Source of the DNA: Limnochordia bacterium
GTDB lineage: Bacteria; Bacillota; Limnochordia; DTU080
DNA length: 64,000 nt
Assembly (NCBI GenBank): GCA_050951545.1
Contig: JBMNJG010000005.1
Span: 192,001 to 256,000 of the forward strand
Direction: 5' to 3'
Part shown: positions 8,798 to 17,948 of the stretch, in pieces
Position numbering within the stretch: the first letter of the stretch is position 1
How the letters are laid out: each line of letters begins with the position of its first letter
Program-made: the position numbers and the translations under genes
Notes under the pieces: model-generated
What the model was told of the DNA's origin: nothing
The model's input: only the letters and a program-made list of their open reading frames with translations
Databases searched by the model: none

Positions 8798-11700
8798 ATG
8801 CATTCCAGTCGGGTCACGTTGGTGGTTCTCCTGCTGTTAGCAATCAGTCTCACTACCGCGAAAGCAGCCTCCTTGGTGTCCAACGGGAGTTTCGAGGAGC
8901 TCGATGTCAGTGACAGGCCCGTTGGGTTTAGCACTTGGGTGGGTCAGGGCAGTCCTGGGTTTGGTGTCGAGATTGGCGAAGCACACAGTGGCCAAAACTC
9001 CTTTCGCATTTCAGGCGATGGTGCAGCCCGAGGCAGTATCAACTGTACACTGCCCTTTGAGGGCGGTACCTACAAGATGAGTCTGTGGTACCGAGTCAGT
9101 GCAAGCATGCCCAAAGACGGCGTGGTACTGCGGCTTATGGCTTTCCACAGCCATGGATCCAGCGAAAATGACAAAGTTCAGTGGAGCATGTCTGAGGTCG
9201 CTCCCGCCCCCGGTACGCGCGTGCAGCTAAATGGGAACAATCTGCATGTCATTGCTGATCAGTCGCTTGTAGCTGGTGAGTGGTACCCTCTGAGCATCAC
9301 CTTTTCCCTACCAGACGAAGTGCAGCGGCTACAAGCCAACATCTTTAACTGGTTAGGCAACGGTACTGTCTGGTTTGATGATGTGCACTTAGAGGCCACC
9401 ACCTTTGACTGGATCGCGTACCAAGAGACCGCCATGCGGGAGCTGGAAGCACGCGAATTGGAGGGTCCATCTATGCTGACCACCCTGCAAGACCAGCATC
9501 CGCGACTTCTTGTTTCGTCATCCGATCTCGCGCACCTGAGGCAGCTCATTGAGAACGAACCCCAGGCCCGAGAATGGTACACTGCCCTTAAGATCAGTGC
9601 GACCAACGTACTGCTTCAGCCAGTATCGCAGTACGAGATACCTGATGGCAAGCGTCTGTTGGCCACGAGCCGTCGAGTACTGGACCGTGTGCTTCTCCTG
9701 GCCTTTGTCTATCACATGGAGGAGGATGTGCGCTTCGCTGAGCGGGCTTGGAAGGAACTGGAGGCCGCAGCCCACTTCCCAGACTGGAATCCGAGCCACT
9801 TCCTTGATACCGCTGAGATGACCCATGCCTTTGCCATAGGCTATGACTGGCTCTACCATGTGTGGACGCCAGAGCAGCGAGATGTGCTACGCAACGCCAT
9901 CGCCCACATGGGTCTCGAGCCTGGTCTCCATGCGTACAGAGGCACCGCACCCTACGGTTGGTGGGTAAATGTAACACACAACTGGAACCTGGTGTGCAAC
10001 GGTGGCCTGGCCATGGGGGCACTAGCTATCGCTGACGAAGAACCAAGACTGGCTGAGCTCATCTTGCGTGCTGGTATCAAGAGCGCACCGGCAGCCATTG
10101 CCCAATTCGCACCGGATGGTGGTTGGGACGAGGGTGTCGGCTACTGGCACTACTCAATTCGCTATTTGATCCCCTACATCGCCGCCCTTGAGAGCGCACT
10201 CGGCAGCAGCTTTGGTCTGGCCGAAGTGCTGGGCCTAGGGCTAGCGGGGACGTTTCCGATGTACCTCACTTCTCCCGCGGGGGTGACCTTCAACTTTGCC
10301 GACGGCGGCACTGGTGTGGTCAACGCGCCTGAACTATTCTGGATGGCCAGACGTTTTGAGCAGCCCAGCTATGCCTGGTGGCACAGCCAGGTATCTGGAG
10401 GCAAAGCAAGCGTTCTGGCCCTTGTGTGGTATGCCCAAGATCTTCTAGAAGGTTTCGCACCGTCCGATCTGCCACTGGACAAGCACTTTGGTCATATAGA
10501 AGTGGCCAGCATGCGTAGCTCGTGGGAAGAGAAAGACGCCCTCTTTGTCGGCTGGAAAGCTGGCGATCTGAAAGCCAACCACGGCGATCTCGATATGGGC
10601 TCTTTCGTGCTCGATGCCCTCGGAGTACGCTGGGCAGCTGATCTGGGCTCTGATGACTACAACATGCCCGGCTACTTCGGGTCACAGCGCTGGTCATACT
10701 ACCGCAAGCGGGCGGAAGGACATAACACACTGGTGCTAGACCCCTCTGCCGCAGCTGATCAAGATCCAGCTGCCGTAGCCCGTATCGTCTTCCAGGGAGC
10801 CAGTGATGGCGAGGCGGTCTCCATCGCGGACCTCACACCAGGCTATCGTCGTCATGCCAGCTCTGTAAAGCGCGGTATCGCCCTGATCGATGGACGCAGT
10901 CAAGTCCTGGTGCAAGATGAAATCGAGGCACCACATCCCTCGGAGATCTGGTGGTTTATGCATACGCGGGCCAACGTCTCTTTGGATGGCGACGGGTCGA
11001 CAGCGATCCTTGAGCAAGGGGGGAAGCGCTTGGCTGTGCGTGTTCTTTCCCCAGAAGGTGCGGCTTTCACTGTCATGCCTGCCGCGCCCTTACCCACCTC
11101 TCCCAATCCTTCGGTGCAGGCTGTGAACCATGACGTGCGTAAACTGGCCATCCAACTGCACGACGTCACCAGCACCTGTATCGCAGTGCAATTGGTGCCA
11201 CTGACAGAGAATGAAGCGGCATCCGTAGCGCCCGTGATCAAACCACTGCATGTCTGGCAAGAGACAGTCCAGGCGAGTGAGCGCCTGTGGCCAGCCTTGG
11301 GACGGATCACGGTCGACGTAAGTTCACCGCCGGAGCGGGGACAGACGGTGCGAGGTGTGATTCCTGTTGACATTGAGTTGGGCGTGCCTACCTCTGGCAC
11401 ACTGGAGAAAGTGTCTGTCCTGGTCGATGGTGAGCCGCTCTTCAGCGGTCCGATGCTACCGGAAGAGCTTCTGCTCAACACCTACACTCTGACCGATGGT
11501 ATACATCGCCTCCTAATCGAAGCCACAGTGAATGGCACCCTAGCGACACGTGCCTTCTCATTTAGAGTGGAGAACTGGTGGAATACCACCGATCGCATGG
11601 AACCGCCCCTCGAGACAGGCTGGTTTGGCACGCTGGTACGCTCACAGACTAGCTCAGAGAGTGACGGTTGGAGATATACCACTGGCATCTCACGAACTCA

Positions 11701-12046
11701 ACTGGGCGGTGCAGATCGCCGTATTCGCGAGCATGACACAGAAGAGCACCTAACTTGGGAAACACCGAACCTGCGGAGCGTCAAGATCATGGTACAGGCT
11801 CCCCGGACTGCCGTTGAGTCTGCACTGGAGCTGTTGGTCTCCCAGAATGGCCAGAAATGGGACAGTCTTGCCTACACGGTGCAAGAGCTGGAGTTGTCAC
11901 CAGAGGGACTTCATGAGCTAGCGCTAGTCGCCGAACTACCTGCAGGAACCCCTGCCCACTGGTGCAGACTGCGCGTGCTCCCAGGGCACTTTGCCCCAGA
12001 CGAGCTGCAGATTGCACAAGCCGAACTTACAGGTCTGCACAAGTAA
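8798..12046 (+). CDS. Secreted modular heparinase II/III-family polysaccharide lyase (CBM-like N-terminus, Ig-like C-terminal modules)
   Basis: Signal peptide, 'NGSFE...VWFDDV' CBM4/9-like domain, HPRLL, WNPSHFLD, HNWN.VC, EG.GYW.Y, H.DLD.GSF, GHNTL. Confidence 0.8.
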   Translation: MHSSRVTLVVLLLLAISLTTAKAASLVSNGSFEELDVSDRPVGFSTWVGQGSPGFGVEIGEAHSGQNSFRISGDGAARGSINCTLPFEGGTYKMSLWYRVSASMPKDGVVLRLMAFHSHGSSENDKVQWSMSEVAPAPGTRVQLNGNNLHVIADQSLVAGEWYPLSITFSLPDEVQRLQANIFNWLGNGTVWFDDVHLEATTFDWIAYQETAMRELEARELEGPSMLTTLQDQHPRLLVSSSDLAHLRQLIENEPQAREWYTALKISATNVLLQPVSQYEIPDGKRLLATSRRVLDRVLLLAFVYHMEEDVRFAERAWKELEAAAHFPDWNPSHFLDTAEMTHAFAIGYDWLYHVWTPEQRDVLRNAIAHMGLEPGLHAYRGTAPYGWWVNVTHNWNLVCNGGLAMGALAIADEEPRLAELILRAGIKSAPAAIAQFAPDGGWDEGVGYWHYSIRYLIPYIAALESALGSSFGLAEVLGLGLAGTFPMYLTSPAGVTFNFADGGTGVVNAPELFWMARRFEQPSYAWWHSQVSGGKASVLALVWYAQDLLEGFAPSDLPLDKHFGHIEVASMRSSWEEKDALFVGWKAGDLKANHGDLDMGSFVLDALGVRWAADLGSDDYNMPGYFGSQRWSYYRKRAEGHNTLVLDPSAAADQDPAAVARIVFQGASDGEAVSIADLTPGYRRHASSVKRGIALIDGRSQVLVQDEIEAPHPSEIWWFMHTRANVSLDGDGSTAILEQGGKRLAVRVLSPEGAAFTVMPAAPLPTSPNPSVQAVNHDVRKLAIQLHDVTSTCIAVQLVPLTENEAASVAPVIKPLHVWQETVQASERLWPALGRITVDVSSPPERGQTVRGVIPVDIELGVPTSGTLEKVSVLVDGEPLFSGPMLPEELLLNTYTLTDGIHRLLIEATVNGTLATRAFSFRVENWWNTTDRMEPPLETGWFGTLVRSQTSSESDGWRYTTGISRTQLGGADRRIREHDTEEHLTWETPNLRSVKIMVQAPRTAVESALELLVSQNGQKWDSLAYTVQELELSPEGLHELALVAELPAGTPAHWCRLRVLPGHFAPDELQIAQAELTGLHK

Positions 12047-12081
12047 GTCCTGTTGACAGATCGAACTGAGATAGACGGACC

Positions 12082-12123
12082 CACACAAAAACCCCAACGT
12101 CAAGGCGTGGGGGTTTTTGTGTG
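12082..12123. terminator. Bidirectional intrinsic terminator
   Basis: CACACAAAAACCCC...GGGGTTTTTGTGTG between convergent genes. Confidence 0.85.
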
Positions 12124-12150
12124 TCGAAGGGTTATCATCAGGTTCAGACC

Positions 12151-13512
12151 TTACTCTCTCTGCGAGGCCACGTGTGCCAGAACCGCAGCCCGCATACGCC
12201 GTGTGGCCTCAGGCGTGTTGACATGACCTGCTGCGATGTCGTGGTAGATCGCTGTCCCCGTGTTCACGTTGTTGTAGGCAGCGTAGACAGTTGCTGGTGG
12301 GCAGGCGGTGTCGACAAACCCGACGGTGAAAAAACCGTCCGCCTTGATACGCGTAGCGAAGTTCATCCCATCAAAGTAGCGCACGGTCTCCAAGACGTCT
12401 TTCACCTTGCTCACATTGCTATAGACACCCATGCCAGGCCACCCCATGGGTCGGTGTGCTGCTATTCCGGTCAGGTCAGCCATGGCAGGTACACCTGCCA
12501 CGAAAAAGGTGACGCGAGGGTCGAGTGCGGAGCCAGCCAGCGACTGAGCTGCGCCCTGGCTGGTGCCGTAGAGAATGAGAGTCTTGCCATCCCATTCTGG
12601 CTGTGACGCAAGAAAATCGATGGCTCGGACCACCCGCAGAAACATGCCCAAGAAGTAATATGTGTCGCGTGAGTCGCGTCCACGCATACTATATCTGCTG
12701 AGAGAACCCGTAACCAGCCCATCATAGTAGGCTGCGGGTTTGCCGTTGGGCACCCCGTGGGCGTTGATATCCATCGCCAGCATGCCCTCTTTTGCCCAAC
12801 CCGTAGGGATGCCAGCACTGCGTACTCCCGCCCCATGCAAGGTCAGGATGGCTGGCAGGCTCCCCGGCTCCGCATCGGCAGGCCGCACAAAGTAGCCAGA
12901 TACCGGCACTCCACCGATACTATCCGCTTGAACGTCGAAGATCTCAAAGCCCTTAGCGCTTGGGCTGACGGGTACCATCCGCGGATTCATCGGTATCTCA
13001 GCCAGCAGTGCCTTCTTAGAAGCCCAGAAGGCATCGAAATCGTCAGGAACAGGCAGGCTGGGAGCGATGTCTTGCGGATCGACTCCCGCGCCCGCCAATG
13101 CGACAGTTTCGGCGCCACCAGCTTGAAAGGCAACTCGGCACTGCAAGAACCCGGGTTCGCTCAGGCTAGCCGATACGCGGGCCTCACCGTTCTCTAAGCG
13201 GATACTTCCCTGTTCGATGGTTGTCTCACCATTCTTGCTGATCCGCCATTGCACGTCGGCTTCGCCTAGAGGTTGCCCATGGTGAAGCACCCGGATAACA
13301 AACGTTGCGGTTTCACCCACATGATACAGCGCATCGGTACGGTCGGTAACCACCGAGACCGTATACGCAGGCGCCATTTCCTCGGCAGCTACCAGACCGG
13401 GCGACAGTGTAGCTACCGAACCAAGAATGAGGCAGGACCTCCAGACCAGCTTCTTCAGACCCTTAACACCCAATCGACTCTCCACCTCCGCATGGCATAG
13501 ATGAATTGGCAC
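12151..13512 (-). CDS. Secreted acetylxylan esterase / cephalosporin-C deacetylase (CE7); true start probably near 13470
   Basis: GTSQG nucleophile, 'GFVDTACPP..VYAAYN', terminal GH; signal peptide. Confidence 0.85.
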   Translation of the reverse strand: MPIHLCHAEVESRLGVKGLKKLVWRSCLILGSVATLSPGLVAAEEMAPAYTVSVVTDRTDALYHVGETATFVIRVLHHGQPLGEADVQWRISKNGETTIEQGSIRLENGEARVSASLSEPGFLQCRVAFQAGGAETVALAGAGVDPQDIAPSLPVPDDFDAFWASKKALLAEIPMNPRMVPVSPSAKGFEIFDVQADSIGGVPVSGYFVRPADAEPGSLPAILTLHGAGVRSAGIPTGWAKEGMLAMDINAHGVPNGKPAAYYDGLVTGSLSRYSMRGRDSRDTYYFLGMFLRVVRAIDFLASQPEWDGKTLILYGTSQGAAQSLAGSALDPRVTFFVAGVPAMADLTGIAAHRPMGWPGMGVYSNVSKVKDVLETVRYFDGMNFATRIKADGFFTVGFVDTACPPATVYAAYNNVNTGTAIYHDIAAGHVNTPEATRRMRAAVLAHVASQRE

Positions 13513-13547
13513 AGATAAATGCGGAACGGCACCAGCCCCAGGATGCC

Positions 13548-15086
13548 TCAGTCAAGAAAAAGCTGCTCACACAGATCATCGTACTCGCCCCCGAGCTCAC
13601 CGAGGTTCTCGTAGAGCTCAAGACGCTCCACGATGAAACGGCGCAGTCGGTAGACGAGTTCTGCAAAGCGAGCGTCCGTAATACGTCCTTGTGCTTCCTG
13701 ATAGCGATAGAAGTCCCGCAGGTCTAGGGGGAATGACTTGGCGTCTGACTTCGAGTTGGGGAAACGTCGAATGTAGGTCCAGAAGAAAAAGGACTCCAAC
13801 GCCCCCTCATCCACGTCCAGAAGATGCCCGGGCACCTCAGGCTCATGGCTTTGACTCTGCAGGTAACTAGCGAAGAGCAAAAGGTGGTTGATCTTCCTAC
13901 GGTGAAGGGTATCGCTGATGCCTTGCTTTTCCAGCTCGGCGTCCCATTCCGCAATGAGCTCCTCATGCGTTGGCTTGAAAAGCAGTCGAACCACACCGCG
14001 TCTCTCGCTCGGAAGCACTGTCCCGTCCTCTCGCAAGCCCAGTCGTCCTGCCTCTTTAGCCCGCGCCTGCCGCAATCTCTCGGGATGCTCCATGATCGCC
14101 TCGTACTGCTGGCGCTCCCATGCGCCAGACCTAGCGACTACCTCGTCGTGCCGTCGCGTGCGCTTGGTGTACGCAGGTCCATCAGGGTGGGCAATCGCCC
14201 ACCCTTCAAAGAGTGATTCCTCATCTCTGATGAGTCTCATGCGAGTGTCTGACCATACGACTCTAGAGAGTTCCGAGCCAGGAGTCTGACCCAACTCGGG
14301 ACACTGAGCGTATGCCTCCAGATACAATGACGACAGCGGTACAGCGTATGCCATAGGTAGACGGGAGACGAAGAAATCGGCCAGGATCCTGTCCTCGGCC
14401 TCCATGCTTGCCGGATCATCGCTCCCCGGAAGGCGGAGAGAAACCACCAGTGCACCGCCCTGTTGATCCCACCGGACGATAAGGTCACCGATGTAGCCCG
14501 ATTCACTCACAGGAAGCTTGTCAAGGTCTAGAGGAGTAAGGTCAATCACTCCCATGTCAAACCTGTCGAGGTCATGCATCGACAAAATGTCCTCATCCGA
14601 GAGGCGTGCGACCAACCGTTGGCTTAGCCGGCTCTGCTCATGCAAGGTAGCCCTTAGGCTGCCTGCAAGAGAGCGATCGTCTTCGGGAGTGCTCACGTCT
14701 GACCAGAAGAGCGTCCTAAGCGGATCCCCCTCTTCGGTCTGCAGGGGAGGGTAGTTAAGAGCTTGGTAGAACGGCTCCAGACGGGTCTTCTTCAAGGCAG
14801 CCCGGTCGATGTCCATATGATAGATGACGCCATCGCTGATGGTCACACGAAAAGCCTTACCATCTAGGACAACGCGGGCAGGACCATAGACTTCTTCGCC
14901 ACACCGTATGATCCCCGGCTCTTGCGCCAAGACCTCGCTCACAAACCGAGGTGTATTCTTGGTAATCGGCCTGCCGGTTCGACTGGCCACCTCCTGGACA
15001 ATAGTCCTAAGCGAAAGGGGCCTCGTCATCCCTAGTGCAATCCCTGAAGCAGCTGCGTGTATGGTGGGTCTTCCCATGTCAAACAC
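13548..15086 (-). CDS. Hypothetical protein with a C-terminal integrase SAM-like (core-binding) domain
   Basis: Long ORF; C-terminal helical segment ending 'LRDFYRY' resembles the N-terminal domain of tyrosine recombinases; no catalytic RHRY domain. Confidence 0.55.
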   Translation of the reverse strand: MFDMGRPTIHAAASGIALGMTRPLSLRTIVQEVASRTGRPITKNTPRFVSEVLAQEPGIIRCGEEVYGPARVVLDGKAFRVTISDGVIYHMDIDRAALKKTRLEPFYQALNYPPLQTEEGDPLRTLFWSDVSTPEDDRSLAGSLRATLHEQSRLSQRLVARLSDEDILSMHDLDRFDMGVIDLTPLDLDKLPVSESGYIGDLIVRWDQQGGALVVSLRLPGSDDPASMEAEDRILADFFVSRLPMAYAVPLSSLYLEAYAQCPELGQTPGSELSRVVWSDTRMRLIRDEESLFEGWAIAHPDGPAYTKRTRRHDEVVARSGAWERQQYEAIMEHPERLRQARAKEAGRLGLREDGTVLPSERRGVVRLLFKPTHEELIAEWDAELEKQGISDTLHRRKINHLLLFASYLQSQSHEPEVPGHLLDVDEGALESFFFWTYIRRFPNSKSDAKSFPLDLRDFYRYQEAQGRITDARFAELVYRLRRFIVERLELYENLGELGGEYDDLCEQLFLD

Positions 15087-15176
15087 CCCTTGTCAGCAAC
15101 CCGTTGCCACCACGGCAGGGCCACCCCGGCCGCATAGCAACGCTGAAACGCCTTTGATCCCTGCCCTGCAGCGTGT

Positions 15177-16409
15177 TCACTGCTCTTTGTGCTTGGACCA
15201 CTGCACGTTATGTGGCTCAACCTCCAGGCGGGCCTGCACCGCCGCCACATCAGTCTCCCGGGGCATGCGGTTGGTTGCGGCCGCCTGGGCAGCAGCTATA
15301 CCTGCTGCCTGGCCTATCGAGCTCACCGTAACCATGACACGAAAACCCGACATGGCAATATGCGTTGCGGACAGACAGCGGCCAGCGACCAAGAGCCCAT
15401 CTATACTGATCGGTACCAAGGCCCGGTAGGGAATATCGTACATCGGTGAACGGCCGTAGAAGATCTTCTTGCGATCCGGCTCCCAGCTATCAAGACCGCG
15501 GGACGACGAACTGATGGCATCTGCAAAGCGCCGCCCTTCATTGCAGTCGTTCTCGGTGACGATTACCTCACCGACAATGCGGCGAGATTCCCTAATACCT
15601 AGCCTGGGCGCCACCCAGGTCACGGCGAAGCCATTCTCCTCCAAAGTGGCCCAGTTGGGCAGCATTGCTTCCCAAGCTGCTTTTTCTGCTCGGGCTAGAG
15701 CTTCGGCATCGGTCGTGTCTTCACACTCTACCTTGCATCCCCAATGCAGGTATTCGCCGAAGCCAATATCTCGATTGTAGTCAAAATCGGGAACGTAAGT
15801 CGAACAGGGATCGAGCCGACGGCTCCTATACATCCAGGTACATTGCTGCACCCTGGAATCTGCCACCTCGGGAGCGTGCGGTTCATTGAACTCCGACCGC
15901 GCTTCGCGTCCATAGCGACACTCTGCGCCTGATGCAACTGCGATGTCAGCATCGCCCGAACAGTCGATAACGACATGAGCCTTGATCTTGCGTTGGACGT
16001 AGCCATGATCTCGCCCCGCGCGGGTCTGAGCGACCACCCCTGTCACCCTATCGCCCGCTTGGATCACATCGATACCCGTCGTGTGGGGCAAGACAGTCAG
16101 ATTAGCCTCATGGGCAGCTATCATGCTGCAAGCATGGGCATACCAGTGGCTTGAAAACTCCGAACGCTTGTGCCTAAACGTGTAGTCTTTCCGTGTAAGG
16201 ATGTTACGTATCTCTTGGTTGACGCCGCAGACGATCCCTGGGCTGAAGCCCTGCACCCCATAGTCGACAGCCGCACCGCCCAACACGGCATCCTCTTCGA
16301 GCAAGAGGACGCGAGCACCCTCGCGCGCCGCTGAAATTGCGGCACCAAAACCACTGGGCCCTCCGCCTACGACAACAACATCGGCGCGCAACGTATCCAT
16401 TGCATCCAC
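15177..16409 (-). CDS. FAD-dependent oxidoreductase (FAD_oxidored family)
   Basis: GGGPSG, IDCSGDAD, GIRESRRI, IPYRALVP, LLVAGRC. Confidence 0.9.
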   Translation of the reverse strand: MDAMDTLRADVVVVGGGPSGFGAAISAAREGARVLLLEEDAVLGGAAVDYGVQGFSPGIVCGVNQEIRNILTRKDYTFRHKRSEFSSHWYAHACSMIAAHEANLTVLPHTTGIDVIQAGDRVTGVVAQTRAGRDHGYVQRKIKAHVVIDCSGDADIAVASGAECRYGREARSEFNEPHAPEVADSRVQQCTWMYRSRRLDPCSTYVPDFDYNRDIGFGEYLHWGCKVECEDTTDAEALARAEKAAWEAMLPNWATLEENGFAVTWVAPRLGIRESRRIVGEVIVTENDCNEGRRFADAISSSSRGLDSWEPDRKKIFYGRSPMYDIPYRALVPISIDGLLVAGRCLSATHIAMSGFRVMVTVSSIGQAAGIAAAQAAATNRMPRETDVAAVQARLEVEPHNVQWSKHKEQ

Positions 16410-16540
16410 TCCTGACTATAGCGCAAGTCACAAATGGTCTTGCCGAGGGTCACTATAGCTATCATAAATTGCCTTTGCTGGAAAGGCAAGCCTTCTCACC
16501 GCGCCAGAGACGGGGGAAGGGGGCGGGTTGCCCCCCCGCC

Positions 16541-17887
16541 CTACACACCCTCAGCGAGCAACGCCTGCGCCTGTTCGTGAATCCGCTGAACTGCTGCTTC
16601 GGGAGATAACTGCCCTTTCCACACCTGACCAGTGACGCTACTCACCAGAGACTCTAGACGCGCATCCTGGTACACATACGGAGCATAGCTTGCTGGATCA
16701 AACCCCGTGTCAACAAAGGCCATCCAGTTTTCGGGCAGTAAGTCCATGACCTTCGGGTACTGCAGCATGGCTTGGCGAAGGGAGGGCATCCGACCCGTGA
16801 CCTTCGTGAACTCTAGCTGGCTATTCACGTTTCCCGCGATGAACTTAACCCACCCCCAAGCCGCTTCGCGATGCTTACTGCTAGCCAAGACCTGGAAGCC
16901 ATCGGGATTCACGCGCGCAGCTCTGCTGGCCTCACCCTTCGGTTGAGAGGCGATGTCCCAGTTGAAGCTGACGTTGCGAAGGTAGGTGTTGATAACCCCG
17001 GGACCATAGGCGAGTGTCATGGCGGCTTTCTCATTCCACACCGTGTAGGAGCCACCCAGCGAGTCCACCTTATTCACGGCCATGAGGTCGTGCAACCAAG
17101 TCATTGCCTTGAGAACCTCGGGTGTGTTAAAGAAGCTCTTCGTTGGGAAGACCAAGCGATCCCAGATCTTGCCGCCTGCCTGATGTACGTGCATCTCCCA
17201 GCGCCAGTTCTGGCGATAGGTGCCGTAGATATCAGTCACTCCATCCCCGTTCGTGTCCGTAGTCAATCGCTTTGCGCTCCTGGAAAACGCATCCCAATCC
17301 CATTTCTCGCCTAACTGGGAAGGCGTAAGCAACCCCATCTGAGAGAACATGTCTGCATTAAAGAAGGTGACCATGGGGTAGATGCTGATGGGAAAACCCC
17401 ACATCATCCCGTTGGGAGCCTTCACTCCCTCCACTGCGGCAGGGGGCATCTGATTGACCGGAATGTTGTCGCGCTCAATGTAGGGCCGCAGATCCACAAA
17501 TACGCCCTGCGAGGCAAACGGCCCGGCGATAGCGGGATGGCCGTCTGTCACGTCTGGCGCCACCCCCCCTGCTAGCATCGATGTCAACTTAGGTTTCCAT
17601 TCCGCATTGCTACCAGTGACCAGAAAGCTGACCTTGACTCCTGTCTCTGCCTCGAATCTGGGAGCCATCGTCTCCAGGTACTCAAGCCACTCCCGGCCAT
17701 GCCCACTGTAGGTAAAGTGCGTGATCTCTACGCTCGCAGCGACAGCCATCGCTAGCCCACCTATCGTGACCAGCAACACCCCTACACAAACGATCCATCG
17801 TCTTGCCAATACGTGAGCGCTGCCCATGCTTGCGACCTCCTGTTCGCACCTCGGATGAGGCACAGATATAGTCTGATCCTTCAGCAT
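16541..17887 (-). CDS. Sugar ABC transporter substrate-binding protein (orphan)
   Basis: CUT1 SBP features 'MLAGGVAPDV', 'FFNADMF', 'WDW', 'AAWGWVKF'; start may be about 17827. Confidence 0.85.
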   Translation of the reverse strand: MLKDQTISVPHPRCEQEVASMGSAHVLARRWIVCVGVLLVTIGGLAMAVAASVEITHFTYSGHGREWLEYLETMAPRFEAETGVKVSFLVTGSNAEWKPKLTSMLAGGVAPDVTDGHPAIAGPFASQGVFVDLRPYIERDNIPVNQMPPAAVEGVKAPNGMMWGFPISIYPMVTFFNADMFSQMGLLTPSQLGEKWDWDAFSRSAKRLTTDTNGDGVTDIYGTYRQNWRWEMHVHQAGGKIWDRLVFPTKSFFNTPEVLKAMTWLHDLMAVNKVDSLGGSYTVWNEKAAMTLAYGPGVINTYLRNVSFNWDIASQPKGEASRAARVNPDGFQVLASSKHREAAWGWVKFIAGNVNSQLEFTKVTGRMPSLRQAMLQYPKVMDLLPENWMAFVDTGFDPASYAPYVYQDARLESLVSSVTGQVWKGQLSPEAAVQRIHEQAQALLAEGV

Positions 17888-17948
17888 GTGCGGCGGGCTA
17901 TCCTCCCCATGTGGGTTGCCATCGCGTGCGGATAAGCCCCCAGCCAGC

